64,000 nucleotides of DNA from Eledone cirrhosa (taxonomy: Eukaryota). A model generated the notes under the pieces. The model was given only the letters and a program-made list of their open reading frames with translations, was not told the origin of the DNA and ran no database searches. The stretch is taken from assembly GCA_964016885.1 (NCBI GenBank), contig OZ024743.1, positions 116,560,001 to 116,624,000 on the forward strand. The letters run 5' to 3'. Made by a program: the position numbers and the translations under genes. The first letter of the stretch is position 1. Each line of letters begins with the position of its first letter. This document shows positions 26,570 through 41,776 of this stretch, piece after piece.

Positions 26570-26668
26570 CAGGGATTCTCAACCTGGTCCATGTGGACCA
26601 CTAGTGGTCCACAGGAAAAAATTACTTATTTCGGTGCTCTACAGCGAAAAAAAGGTTCAGAACCCCTG
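26570..26668. mobile_element. 99-bp hAT (Charlie-like) MITE
   Basis: TIRs cagggattctcaacct and aggttcagaacccctg. 8-bp TSD ctttaaag / ctataaag. Confidence 0.85.
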
Positions 26669-28269
26669 CTATAAAGTACACGTGTTTGTAGAATGTTCAG
26701 CTTGGTACAGGATAATGAACAAAATATGGTAGCGCAATTGAAGTATATAGTAAACCTAATTTATACAAGTTTAACAAATATCATCTATATCTTTCTATCC
26801 AAGTTGATCTCCCTGACCAGCATATATCTATCTAACGTACCCTCACAAAAGTTATCCAACATCACATAGACAGGGACCTAGACAAGTCTGTTGCTACAAG
26901 TCAACGTTGAAGGTTTTCTAGGTGACGCAGAAACAACCAAATTGTCTCGTACCAAATCCATATGTCTTAAGAAGGACCACATTGGATAATTTTGGAAAAT
27001 GTCGCTCTCAGTATTTAATATCTGAATAAATGATGGTAATGACCATAGGTCTACTTAATCAGCTCTGACCAATAATGAACCGTGACTAGCCAATAACCGG
27101 AAACACTACATGGTCGGGGACTATGCTAGATGTAGCTATCTCCACACCTTCCTTGAATCACAAAATGGAATCTTGTATAATCTAGTCCTATATTTTACAA
27201 ACTGACATGATGGATATGTATGGACCGGCTTTAAATATAGATCTAAATATAGATCTAATCTTGCCGAGTTTACACTCACAAATAAGAAGAATCAGGGCCG
27301 CTCCAAGGAGTATTGGATTTGGTGTACTTCATATTTGATTCGTTTGCTGAATACAATCAGTGGTCGCTGCTTCTCTTGAAAGTCAATAGTTCTCTTCTAA
27401 CTCGAGCGGGAGCGCCTTTCCATTGTCAATTTGCATTGATCATCTGCAAAGCCGCATTGCTCTCAGAACCACTTCAACAGTCTTTCGATGCGTGCAGCTG
27501 GAACTACTGCCACCAATTGATTTGGCAGGGTTTTTGTTTTTTAGATGGACGTTGACTTTTATGAGCCATCCGCCCTTTGTCAGATTTGTTTTTTTTCTGC
27601 ATTGTGTACAAAATCTCCCTCCTCACCAAGTAAATGTGGTGGAGTTGCCGGTTTAGTTGCCAACGACCGGACTATGCGACAGGTTGTATTGGGTTATACG
27701 CTACCAGTAGCACTCGAGAGTTCCCTGACATAATCTGGCCCATCAAAAATGTGTACTATTCATTTTTTCTGCTCATGACACCGGCTTCGAAATACTCTGC
27801 CAACGAACATTAAAGAAACTCTTGTTATGAAAAATAACATTTTAAAGAACAATTTTGTATTGTTCTCAATAGGCTAGGACCATTATATAAATATATTGAT
27901 TTTCGTTTTTAAATATGTTAATGTATCTAGCGATAATTGATTTCTGTTTCGCGTGGAAATTAAATATTTTAAAGAAACTAAATATGTTCTCTAGGGAGAT
28001 CTCGTCTAAATAAACCAAAATGGGATTTTTGTAATAGAAAATTAATGTATCAGATGTTTCTTTGCATCCGTGTCACTTCAAAGTTTATTGTTTTTTTTTT
28101 ATTGATTGTTTTATGTAGAGACTTAGTACGAAATTTCGGAAAATCTCAGTGTCCTGGGATTGCTAATGGTGGACATAATAGTGAAGTTACTGTTTCTATA
28201 ATGACATAAGGACAAACAAATCTAGAGTAGTGATCTATGAGATTTTCAGTGCCGCATCTACTTACTAAT

Positions 28270-28399
<130 letters not shown>

Positions 28400-28899
28400 T
28401 ATATATAGCGAATTATTAAGTAGATGCTGCACTGAACAACTCACATACCACTATTCATAGATCACTTTCTAGTGAGAGCAATGTAAGACGTTATTTTCGA
28501 ACAGGAATACTCATCTGAATGCTTGTAAAACTTGACCTTCAATAAAGGTGGTGTTAAATTGACCGACTGATTCTATGAGCACTTCAACACGATCCTCATT
28601 ATCTCCGACTACCAGATTTCACTACCGAGGTATCGTTGAATATCTTTTAAAATATTTCCCTAAGATGCTGCACAATAAGATCGATAAAGAAATGATGAAG
28701 ATCACTTTGTATTTACGGCCACGAAACAGTTTGGTAATGCAATTTAGCGTCAGTGCTAACTAAACAATAGTATTGCACAGTTTTCTATGGTTACTTAGGT
28801 AGGATTGATACTATCACTGCTTAAATTACCTATAATGTGACATATATATTCATTATACATTAATATTTTGTATATGCTTTCATATATGTCTTTCTTCTA

Positions 28900-29720
28900 A
28901 ATCCCACTGAGATAATGCTACTGTTATTTAACACCATCCCACCAATTCCGTATTAAAATACGTTTTTAAACATCTGTATATATGCGACTCACTTCTCTAT
29001 CAAGTCCCCACAAGAAGATATTTAACAAGCCAGTTCCTTACTACCAGAAAACACTTACGACTAGTGGTTACAGGATTAAATTACTTTCATTCTATATACA
29101 ACCATTCCCCACAAAAAAGTAAAACGGAAATAGAAAAATATTCTGGTTCACACACTACATCTACACACTACAGCCGTGAAGACAAATGTAGGTAAAACAT
29201 TCTTAGGCTTAATTGATAAGCATCACCACCAAACCTTCTATGCAGTCGAAGGTAAACATCAGAAGAGCTGGAGAAAACCGGGGATATTCGTTCAAATTAA
29301 AGGTGGACAGCCCACTACAACAGAGATATAATGTGAAGTCAACAGTGTACGAAAGCAGCAGGAGGTACGATATAACCAAACAACAATAAAACAGTGATAT
29401 GTGGGTATGGTATATTACCATTTGAAAGTCAAATATGGCATCCTTTACACACTTGGAAAAGAAAACAACTACAGCCTTGGAAAAGTGCGTCAGAGGAATA
29501 AAAGATGAAAGGATACCCTACACAATCTACTCGAATATCCTTGATAATTTCAGGCTATATATCAATGGAACTAAGAGGTATTCACTTTGCCTAAATGATA
29601 AGTTCCGTATAATCCGTAATAAATACCTGAACATTAAGAACGCGGGATTTAGAGGTTGCCTCCTGCTCAAATCGCATCTTCTATCTGCATGAAAATGTAG
29701 AGGCTTAGAGATCAAACATC
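28900..29720 (+). mobile_element. Decayed PLE C-terminal remnant
   Basis: An HP-like motif near 28935 and IKDERIPYTI...SLCLNDKFRII resemble the PLE GIY-YIG end (LKD..Y.I.W..C.LCL.EK). Confidence 0.5.
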
Positions 29721-29840
29721 AATGCTCAGCCAATACATAACCTTTTCAATCCCCTATGCGAGACTCATATCCCACACATTTAAATAGGGATCTGACCGCA
29801 GCAAGACTAACCATGAATATGTACACATAAAGGAACAAAT

Positions 29841-29898
<58 letters not shown>

Positions 29899-30713
29899 GC
29901 ACACACACTCACACACTTACACACTAAACTTTCTAATAGAAGCGTATAAAACAGCATCTAATGAGCTTCAACTAATTACCTCACCCCCACAGCGTGCACT
30001 CTAAGCATCGAACAGGTCATAACGATGATAATCAACAATATAACCTATGTATGTAGGCATGAATAATTACACATATCAAACCACAGGTCACACTCAGACA
30101 CAATCCAAACGTAACATACAATGTCGTTTTCAATGAGGCGCTCATTTGTCTTGAAAACAGTGTCCTGGAGATGGTGGTAGCCCCCGAAGTCACTACAGAT
30201 TACCTGTACCTGACATGAGTGTCCAGAGGTCAACGTCTACAGAGCTTCTCCGCGAGACGAGCTACGAAATCAGTGATTCTCCCATGGTCAATTGTATGTA
30301 GGATGCTCTAAAGTGAGCTCGCCAAGCAATCACTTCATCTTGCTCCGGAGGGCAGAACAAAATGTATTGTATACTCTGAGGCTCTAACAATGTAATTTAA
30401 ATATTTTCTGTGACTTGGAATTTCCATTATGGATGTACAAATTATTGTTTGTTAAAAAATATGTTCTCTGTTCAGCCTTTATTGTTGTAACTATGAATTT
30501 TCTTTAATGTACTGGCTGCTGAACTGGGGAATCCTAAAAACTATTCAAACCCAACATCAGAGTTAACCCCCCCCCCCTCCTTGCTGACTTGAAAGGGCGT
30601 GCGGTATATTTGCACTGGAGTGTAGGGGGGATTCCTGAAAAGATAAAATGCCGGTATACCTAGCCGAGCGCGAGCCGGACGGGTCAGCTAATATATATAT
30701 ATATATATATATA

Positions 30714-31326
30714 TAAGCAAGTAGGTTTGTGTGTGTGTGTGTCTGTCTGTCTGTGTATAAATACTAGGCTTCTTTTAACTTTTGAAGTACTTGGCCGATT
30801 TCAACCAAATTTGGCACACATGTTGCGTATATGCCAGAGCAAGTTTTGGACAAAAACAAATTTGAAAAAAAAATTGATATTGGGGCGGAAAAATCGATTT
30901 TGTGTGTGTATCTTCTCTGTGTACAAATACTAGGCTCCTTTTAACTTTTGAAGAACTAGGCTGATTTGCTTCAAGAATTGATATTTCTATGTACAGTGGA
31001 TGGTCAACGTGGTAGTGGCAGCGCCATCTTACGCATACGATTTAGTCTACTGAAGGACATACGGTGCCTCTATACCATCTTTATCCCCTTACTCATACCT
31101 ACTACAGCAAGGCCGGACCTGAAATCATTCACATCAATAACTGAAGCTACCCCATGAATTGTTTTTATGTTGCCGTTTATTTCACTCAATCATGTCACTG
31201 TACACCCATTTTGTTAAACTTTTTTTTACAATTACATTTCAATTCTTTGCTCAACCTTTGGCTCTCTTTATACGGACAAACAGGCTGTCATTCATTTCCC
31301 GAGCAACGCCGGGTACATCTGCTACT
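30714..31326 (+). mobile_element. Non-autonomous Helitron
   Basis: 5' gtgtgtgtctgtctgtctgt and ccgatttcaaccaaatttggcac. 3' CCCGAGCAACGCCGGGTACATCTG-CTA(C)T matches the end of the Helitron at 920. A second Helitron-like 3' end lies at ~30660-30690. Confidence 0.8.
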
Positions 31327-31380
<54 letters not shown>

Positions 31381-31419
31381 ATTTTGGTCTTCACATTTAT
31401 TATTATTACTATATATATA

Positions 31420-32291
31420 CGAGGTGGGTCAGAAAAGTTCCGGGACTGATGTCACAAAAGATTTATTTCAAACCCAAACTTCACACTAAGAGTTTTCTCC
31501 TTCAAAGTAATCCCCCTGGAGTCTAATGCACTTTTCCATCCTTTTCTGCCACGCTTGAATGCACTCCTGGTAGGATTCTTCCGGGATCCTCTGCAGTTCC
31601 GTCGTCACGGCCTTTTTGATGTCGTCCACGTCTTCAAAACGGGTCCCCTCCAGGTCGTACTGTGATGACTGTTCCTAGCAAGTCTGGTTCGGTTTCAAGA
31701 CGCTCAAGGATGTCCTGGCACACTTGCATGCGCCGACCCTTCCGGTCATCGTTCAGCAGTTTTGGCACCATCTTCGCGCAGACTTTCTGCATGTCCAAAT
31801 CTTCAGTGAGAATCTTCCAGACGCTCTCCCGATTCATGCCCAGCTCATTTGCCATCACTCGAACAGTCAGCCGACGATCACTACGCACCATCTGCCTGAC
31901 GCGCTCAACGTTGACCTCAGTCCTAGTTGTTGAGGGACTTCCACTCCTGGGGTCATCTTCCACGTCCTCGCGTTCTTCTTTAAACCTCTTGCACCACTCA
32001 AAAACACGTGAGCGTGACATCGTCTCATCTCCATACACTTGCAGTAGCAATCCCAGTGCGTCTGACGGAGTTTTCAAGTTTGTTCGTTACTCTGTGCTCA
32101 TTGCTTGACGATCTGAAACAGAGGACATGTATATAAAATTATGAAGAAAAACGTTTGATCGCTGCAGAGAGCTAAGATTACAGTTACATACTCCAGGGGG
32201 ATGACTTTGAAGGATAAAACGCTTAGTGTGTAGTTTGGGTTTGAAATAAATCTTTTGTGACATCAGCCCTGGAACTTTTCTGACACACCTC

Positions 32292-32292
<1 letters not shown>
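31420..32292 (-). mobile_element. Internally deleted mariner with ~103-bp TIRs
   Basis: TIRs at 31420-31522 and 32190-32292 with TA flanks. ORF 31634-32077 encodes the HTH region (VFEWCKRF..DDPRSG, AKMVPKLL), and the catalytic domain is deleted. Confidence 0.93.
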
Positions 32293-32352
<60 letters not shown>

Positions 32353-32357
32353 AACAC

Positions 32358-32425
<68 letters not shown>

Positions 32426-33718
32426 AGTAACATTAAAAAGAAACAGTGCTCGATATATATTACGATTCGTAAATGAAAATTATTGTTAGGCAACATTGGA
32501 TTTCACAATATGTCAATCCAAAATTATGTGCAATAAATATTCGGTAGGCAACTGAATAAAAATATATTTGAATTTGCTTGAAGATGTGGCTGATGAACAT
32601 CGATTGCACTGACGTAAATAAACTATGACACCGTAGATAGCGTAATGATATTTTCTGTGTACGAACCATTATATATATACATATATATATAAAGGTTATA
32701 TATTATATATACACATATATATAAAGGTTAACTTTGCCTATTATACTTGCGGGGTCGATAAAATAAAGTACTGAGTAATGTACTGAGTAATTGCTGGCCT
32801 TGTACCAAAAGTAGAAGCAATTATATATATACATATACATATATATGTGTGTGTGTGAGTGTTTATTTGTGTGTTGGGGGGGGGGGGGTACGCGTTTAAT
32901 TCGTCTTTATAATACCAATTTGTGTTTCAATTTGCAACTTAAATATAAAATATTGGTGGAGCAAGAGCAAATATTTTGTACATATCAATGTCACAGGAAA
33001 ATTATTTAATCTATAGAATATAATTGTACACTAACGCAATGAAATTGATGTATATCGGAATAATATTATGTACTGTCAGAATAAGATTATATATGTCAGA
33101 ATTAAAATATAATGGCCGAACAAATGGTGTAATATTAAAATTCATCTTATGTAATTATGTAGTTATGCGAAGCTAGTGAAGAATTGTATCTCGCGGCTGT
33201 TTCTGCGGAGGATGGAGGGTAGGAAACTGAATTAAGAGCAAGTATTGCAGGATCTGGTATAGTAATGCGCAGCATTCTACCATCAGAAGAAGGGAAATAG
33301 TTGTAAACAACAAACTCACTGTCTGCAATTGGGTGTTTGTGCCCACCTTCACCTAAAGCCATGAATCAGAGTAATGACGGAAATAATACGATCGGAAATA
33401 CAAGCGGTGGAAATGGAGTTTCTCCGAAGGATCTCTGCAGTAATGTTAATCGATATAATTCGTAGCTCGATCGGGAAGTTTCCCTAGACATAGCTGCTAT
33501 TTATCCTCATTGAGAGATCATATATCCGATACTCGCATCAGGTCTAAGGAAAAAACCGTTGGACAAATTTTACGTGCAAAAGCAACCGATCACTAACGCT
33601 GGTGTTGACTACGAGCAACATGCTTGGATAACATCCATAAGCTCGTTTGGGATCCAGTCGGAAGAACTGGAGACAGTTGCTCCTAACACTCCCTGCAAAA
33701 ATGCGTGCTTGAGGTGCG

Positions 33719-33826
33719 GAAGAAGAAGAAGAAGAAGAAGAAGAAGAAGAAGAAGAAGAAGAAGAAGAAGAAGAAGAAGAAGAAGAAGAAGAAGAAGAAG
33801 AAGAAGAAGAAGAAGAAGAAGAAGAA
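33719..33826. repeat. (GAA)n microsatellite
   Basis: Directly visible; it explains the poly-R and poly-F ORFs. Confidence 0.97.
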
Positions 33827-35809
33827 TATGAAGAAGAAGATGTAGTAGTTATGTAGAATAACAGTTATTATTTGAATAATATAAGTATGAATCTGATCCA
33901 AATAGACCCCATTAAACCTATTAGTGGTTTCTATTTAAAACCACACGCTACTGTCTTTAAAATGAAACAACAATTTGATCTTGCATATACAAAAAAAAAG
34001 TCAAGAAGCGTGCTTCATACCTGGAACGACATTGATTATATATATTCTTTTTTTTTTTTTAGGAGAGCAACTATACACATTGATGTGTGATTACGACTTT
34101 TGATTCACATCTTTGCCACGTGCCTTCTACCATAGACTCTTGTGACTATATAGTTATGTAGTTATGCAAAATAAATTGTACTATTCGAATAATACAAATT
34201 ATGAAACTGATTTAGTCAACCTCCTTATGGTCGCTGAAGCCACTAAATATATTAAGAACATTGAGTCTTATGCAAATGAAAACGTAAGGGGATCAATATG
34301 ATGGGCTAATTCACTTTAAGGTGGTGCCACAGCATGGCCAAGTCTAATAACTGACGCTATTAAAAGAACAAAAGCATACTTCTAATACTCAACAGCTCAC
34401 CATGTAATTTGTTATTGTAAACGTCGTGGCTGCCATGTTTCTTTATTTTATCTTCAAATTGACTCATTGTAACCTTCCGCTGTAAAAGTAATATTTCCAA
34501 TCAATCAAGATGATCTATGAAGAGCATAAACTCGTCTAGCTGTTTGATTAAGGCAGCTATATGTTGGTATGTCATACAGAGGGAAACCATGTCATACGTG
34601 CTTGACTACCTAGAACTATTTGATGGTAGACATATCATGGCACGATTCAAGACAAAGGCGTATATGAAAGTATATTCAATACGATTATACATGATAAGCA
34701 TACATCATCATGCTACGAATGTTTTGCGCTGTGATCATGTAAGAGCTACCTCAGAAGCATTGTAAAGACGTGAGACGCCAGTGGTTCAGGATGTTTATCT
34801 ATCATCGGTAAGACAGAACTGAACTAAATATAAGCTATGAGATTTGTTTTGACTCATCAACTCTGCGTTCTTGCATGGCTATTAAGACACCTGTTATAGG
34901 ATCACAATTTATAACATTCGTAGCGAGACATGTTCATTAAACATAAACATAAATATATATACATATACTCTTTCATTAAGTTTAACTGTCTACATTTTTC
35001 AACTGAACCTATTTTACAAGAATTTCTTCGTCGGCACATGGTGTTCTTATACTTATCAGTCGTTATACGGAGTTGCTCTTTCTGTGAGTCAAGGTTGAAA
35101 TTGAAAATTAAAGATAATTACAGTGAGATTAATACAAATTGTTCGTATTTGTCTCAAAGTAAAGCCTTCATATTACCGCCTAATCTGATTCAAATAACAG
35201 TCAAATCTTCCTCCAGATCAGATGATACGTTTTCCTTTTCTAAAGAAAGATTAACGTAAAGGACATTGCATTCCTTGACATACAAAATTATTGAGATGGT
35301 CAAAGCTGGAAAAATGTTGATCATAAGTCTGCTCCATCTAAGCTGACCATGGGCTAAACAACAACAAATATTGGAATAGTGCTGAACCAAAAAGAAATCG
35401 TTATTTATTAATTTATCTTATTTTTACTTTCTTTGCAATCAATCAAGATTTGATTGATTATATTATTTTCAATAATCTAGTAATTTTATGCTTTCCTTCA
35501 CAAACCGCTTGAAATTATCTGAGGTTTTCACTGTAATTTTCTGATTGACTGCACAGTATATGTTGTTGGAATATGACTACTTGATATATGGAGACGGCCG
35601 AATGAATTCTACAATCCCACACATGCCAATTTGAAAATATTGTTTGGGTATCATATTATTAGTGTTTACCTCATTGATTCAACATTGTTATGTTCGGCAG
35701 CAATTTCATCGAAGCCGTCATCACTTAATATTTCTTACATTGAAACACGGTAACAAAGTTCAAGAGGTAAAATATGTAATAAACTATGTTGATCTCATAC
35801 TCGTGATAA

Positions 35810-37190
35810 CCGTGGTTAATTAATAGAGTTAGAGCTTCGCAGCATTTGGTTGGCTTGCTACGCTATGAGTTTAAATCTCAGAGATCGATTTTACCTTTCT
35901 TCCGCGGCGAATAAATAAATTGCCATTCCATTAATTGGGTAGATTATTCGTCAGACATGTCTACGTGGTTAAGGTGCACCTATGCAATCACCTTGTTTTA
36001 GGTTCACTTCCAGTGGGAAGTACATTGACAAAACATGTTATGCTATAGCGTCAGGTTGACCAACGCCTTGACAGTGAACTGTGCTTATCGAAAACTGCAG
36101 AGGCATGTATGTGTCTGTCTTTATATCTATAAACTAGTGGTTCGACAAAATCAATAAAATATTTATCATACTTAAGAAGATAAGGAATCTAGTTGATGTG
36201 GTGGACTAAATCACTTTACGCAGATACCAGAGCATGGCCGCAAGCTAATGGCCCAATGGATTAAATATATGTGATACTCAGCAAGCCACCGTCATTATTT
36301 TGAAAGCTTCATAGATATGGCGAATAGACATAGTCATTTACAAATCTCAGAGAATGTTTGCAGCATTTGATTCGGCTCTCTGCAATGTCAGTTCAAATAC
36401 CCCCAAGGTAAAACTTGCATTTCATCCTTTCAAGTTCGATATAAAAAAAGTAAAAGTCCAGTAATGAAATTGATTCTTCTTCTATATTTCCTTCTCACTT
36501 CCTCTCTTTCTTCCAATCTCTCCTTCTCTGAATGATGTCGTCTGTTTTCAAACTTGGCAGGGAGGTAAGGTATTGCCAGGTTTACAAAACCTTCATCTCA
36601 TAGCGGTGACTTTACAAACTCCATCAGTCGTTACATATTTATACATACAAGTTGCAGAACCGCATAATATTTCTCGTATTTTATTTTCAAATTGACTCTT
36701 TCTGACCTTAAGCTTTCAAATGATACAATTAGCTTATATTACCCACCAACCAAAATTATCTTTATGAGCAATATAAATCCCATTAATTTATCAAGCTCTA
36801 CTACGCTTCACTAATGGAGAGTTCATATTAATTTATAGGATATTGTATGTTACTCATATGCACAACCGAGCCCCACTTTCTACCCATTATTGCATCATTA
36901 AATTATCTTAGAAATATAATCTCAGTACGTCCAATTAGATATGTTATACCTCTATTTTCTTATTCTAAAAACAAAATTCATAGAAAATAAATTCATGTAT
37001 CTAATGCAACGTACAGAGAGAATGGTTTCTAAATTAGGCACAAGGACAGAAAATGTGAGGGTGAAAGTTGAAAGTCGATTAAACTGATGCCAATAGGTAG
37101 TTGATTTTATTGGCCACAGAGAGAAAAAAGTAAAAGCTTATTCTGGCGCCATTTGAACTCAAAGTGATAAGCCATGACTAAACACTGCAG
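35810..37190. mobile_element. Cluster of old SINE remnants (~35810-35940, ~35955-36270, ~36320-36460 plus; ~37020-37190 minus)
   Basis: Degenerate A/B boxes plus catcctt...cgat and agcatggcc motifs. Confidence 0.5.
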
Positions 37191-37211
37191 GGAAATATAT
37201 ATATATATATA

Positions 37212-38160
37212 TATTGTTATGCTTTGGTAGGGTCATATAGGCTAATAAGAAACACGCACCAGTTGCTTTCACTTCAATTTATTATGAATTAAATTTATAA
37301 ATTTAGGAATTTATAAATTTGCGGTTGGTTGGTTGGTTCCACAACCAGACGGTTGTTCATATATTGTCAAAGTTCTTTCGTCACACATTCTGCGACCTCT
37401 TCAGTGACTGGGGATTATTTTCTTTGTTTTTGTGCTTCTCCTTTGTTCTGTCCTACGCCATCTTGTTTTTGTGAGTGTTGTGTGCTTAGTTTGCGCATGT
37501 GTTACATAGTAAATAATCATCTGTACTCCACCAACATGCTAAAATAGAACATAAATCGTAAATTAGAGAACCTCGAAATAAAAATAGAATCTACACACAG
37601 AAAAGAGGCAATGTTTAGACAAATCACAGAGGCAATAAACATAAATGACCTCCAACCAAAATTAAATAGAAAACCTGAATGGAATAGCAACATCACATCT
37701 TACAATTAAGGACAAAATGAAAACACACACACACATAGAACAAACAACCAACCAGTAACATATAAATAAACAATAACTAAACACATATAAACACACACAG
37801 ACATCCGGATGTAACACATGCACAAACTAAGCACAAAACACACACAAAAACAAGATGACGTGGGACATAACAAAGGAGAGGCACAAAAACAATGAAAATA
37901 ATCTCAAGTCACTGAAGAGGTCACAGAATGTGTGACGAAAGAACTTTGACTATATATGAACAATCGTCTGGTTGTGGAACCAACCAACCGAAAATTTATA
38001 AATTCCTAAATTTATGAATTTAATTTATAATAAATTGAAGTGACAGTAACTGGTTCGTGTGTTTCTTATTGGCAACATGACCCTCCCAAAGCATAAGAAT
38101 ATCGGTTTCAACACACGTTTTTAGATAAAGAATATTGCTAAACAAATTGAGAAACGAAAT
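37212..38160. mobile_element. Fold-back PLE element, family C
   Basis: Left arm 37212-~37505 (minus, short end) and right arm ~37510-38160 (plus, ~58-bp longer end). HHR in both arms, TA flanks. Confidence 0.9.
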
Positions 38161-38227
38161 ATATATATATATAAATTAATAAAAATAATGAATAAAAACA
38201 AAGAAACAGTTCCTTATATTAAAAAAT

Positions 38228-38365
38228 TCATCATTTTACGATCGTTTCTAGGATATATATATTTGTGTTGGTATGTATATCATATAGATCTATGTAACAT
38301 TTTTACAAACTATCAGAGGGAATATACATACCTACACATATATATGCTGTCTTCAGAAATAATGA
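38228..38365 (-). ncRNA. Hammerhead with ~101-nt stem II, family J (second copy at 53953-54106 with ~115 nt)
   Basis: tcattattt-CTGAAGA-[long hairpin]-GAAA-cgatcg-TA-aaatgatga. Confidence 0.8.
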
Positions 38366-38672
38366 TATTTGTTTATTGAAAGAACCAACAAAGATTTAAT
38401 ATAATGGGTCTGTTTGGGAACAGGTTTTGAATTGACCAATAGAAAGGTAATAAGTGGTCAAGATGGTAGAATAGTAGTAATAGAACTTTAATTTAGGGGT
38501 AGAGGAAGGCAAATTTCAGTTTTGAATGGAAGAGTATGATGAATGAAAAGATTATATCAGGGATGAAAATAGGTCAAGTCGGTAAAAGGTACACGAAAAA
38601 TTGATGTTATAAAAGAATAATACCAATGTAAATATCCAAGGAGAATAAAATTTTATGATACATGTGTTAGTG

Positions 38673-38718
<46 letters not shown>

Positions 38719-38797
38719 CATATATATGTATATATATATATATGTATATGTATATGTGTATATATATATATATTATATATATATACATATATATGTT

Positions 38798-38863
<66 letters not shown>

Positions 38864-38867
38864 TATG

Positions 38868-38910
<43 letters not shown>

Positions 38911-38987
38911 GACGTAAAATAAGAAAATTATAAAAATTAACTTACTTACTCAAATTTCACTACATGCTGGTAGATATACTAACTCTG

Positions 38988-39017
<30 letters not shown>

Positions 39018-39018
<1 letters not shown>

Positions 39019-39666
39019 TAGAAAGTGAGATGTTTTTTTCAAAATGAAAAAAAATGACGTGACCTACACGAGTGAAAGTATAAGGAAAAAAGATGAAATC
39101 GAAAATTTAACTGGATTCTTTTTTTTAAAATATATTTATTTGGTCCCTTTACTGGTTTCGAAGATCTTGAGCTTTTCAAAAGTAGAATTGAGATGGAGTG
39201 TTTGTGGTTTTTCTCACATCTGGTTGTTGTTGTTCGAATGTTACTTCTGTTTTATATGGAAAAAAGTGGCTCGAAATGCTAGGTTTTTAAAGAAGTAATT
39301 TGTTTGGTTGATGACTGTCATGCGAATAAGTATAATAAATTTCCCGCCAGTTTGCGTAACAAAGTTCTTAAAATAAGGGGGGCTCACATTGTTTTTTTCA
39401 TATATGAGTGAAGATTGTATTCACATGACAGTCGTTAACCACCAACCAAATTACTTCTCTAAAAACCTAGCATTTCGAGCCACTTTTTTTTCCATATGAA
39501 ACAGAATTAACATTCGAACACCAACCAGATATGAGAAAACCACAAACCCTCCATCTTAATCCCATTTTGAAAAGCACAAGAACTGCGAAACCGGTAAAGG
39601 AACCAAATATATATATTTAAAAAAAAAAGAATCCAGTTGCATTTTCGATTTCATCTTTTTTCCTTA
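39018..39666. mobile_element. Small fold-back element, family A
   Basis: Same termini as 13511-16226. Left arm to ~39410 with the long end, right arm ~39420-39666 with the short end. Confidence 0.88.
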
Positions 39667-39686
39667 TATATATACATATACATATA

Positions 39687-40504
<818 letters not shown>

Positions 40505-41032
40505 AAAGAATAGAGGTATAACACACAAGTTATTATATATTGGTAAACGGAATAGAAAATGCTGACAAATTGTTCACAGTTGAAAAATGGTTTAATTAGG
40601 AATAAAAGAGTATTAGTGATTGTATGGGTTAGTATTCAGTTGTGGTTTTAAGTTTTTACCGGTTGCGCATTTCTAAATGCTTTTCAAAAATAATTTTGAG
40701 ATAGAGTGTCCGTGCTGTTTGCTCTGATCTGATTAGTTTTGGGAATTCTACCTGTTTTTATGTTAAAAAAGTGGCTCCAGCGTTATTTTTGTGTTGCAAA
40801 AATGCTTGTGGTCAAAACAATTTTGATTGGTCGGTAGAGGTCATGTGAATGTAAAAAGTTGATTTTGCGCCAAGACTGTTTTTATGTTAAAATGTTAAAA
40901 AAGTGGCTCCAGCAAAAATTATTGGTCAAAACAATTTTGATTGGTCGGTAGAGGTCATGTGGATAAAAAATTGGTTTTGCGCCAAGATTGAGAAATGACT
41001 CTTTCACAACAAATATGTGTGTGTGTGTGTGT

Positions 41033-41086
<54 letters not shown>

Positions 41087-41283
41087 GTGTGTGTGTGTGT
41101 GTGTAGCAGTAGTAGTAAGGTGTTCGATGCTGTGACAATGGCCAGCAGCGATGTGTGTCAAATGGCTATTAAGATAAGTGTGTGTGTGTGTGTGTGTGTG
41201 GGTGTGTGTGTGTGTGTGTGTGTATATAGCAGAGTCATTCGAAGATCAAAAGATATTTTTCAGCTTTTGTCTTATACGGAGAA

Positions 41284-41354
<71 letters not shown>

Positions 41355-41573
41355 AGTCTCTTTGTATGTTGATGTACGCGTGTGTATGTGTTTGTGCATA
41401 TATGTGTGTGTGTATGTGTGTGGGTGGACCAGTATGTTTTTCCCCCTGGTAAAATGGTGTACATTATTCGATTTTTTCAGTAAAATCGGTTCTCTTAATA
41501 GAACATCAATAATCTTAACAATAAAAGGTGTGAAATGATATTCACTATATATATACACACACATACACACATT

Positions 41574-41638
<65 letters not shown>

Positions 41639-41776
41639 TAGATATATATGCACATATATTTCTTTGTATTGCACCATAGAGCATGTGTGTTTACGTGTGT
41701 CATTGTGTTTATATGTGGGTAGAGATGTGTGCTGATGTAGGTATGTATGTTGACGTGTGTATGTTGTGGGTTCGTC

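Noticed and set aside
27290-27790. GC-richer segment with overlapping short ORFs
   Set aside because: Probably an old transposon fragment, but no diagnostic motif was found.
33147-33362. 71-aa minus ORF with a possible 33-bp exon (tttag|GTGAAG...GACA|gtgagt)
   Set aside because: No recognisable domain or partner exons, so RNA-seq is needed.
35190-35390. Minus-strand ORF after a pyrimidine-rich acceptor-like site (similar case at 57873-58058)
   Set aside because: No homology I can recognise, and such ORFs arise by chance.
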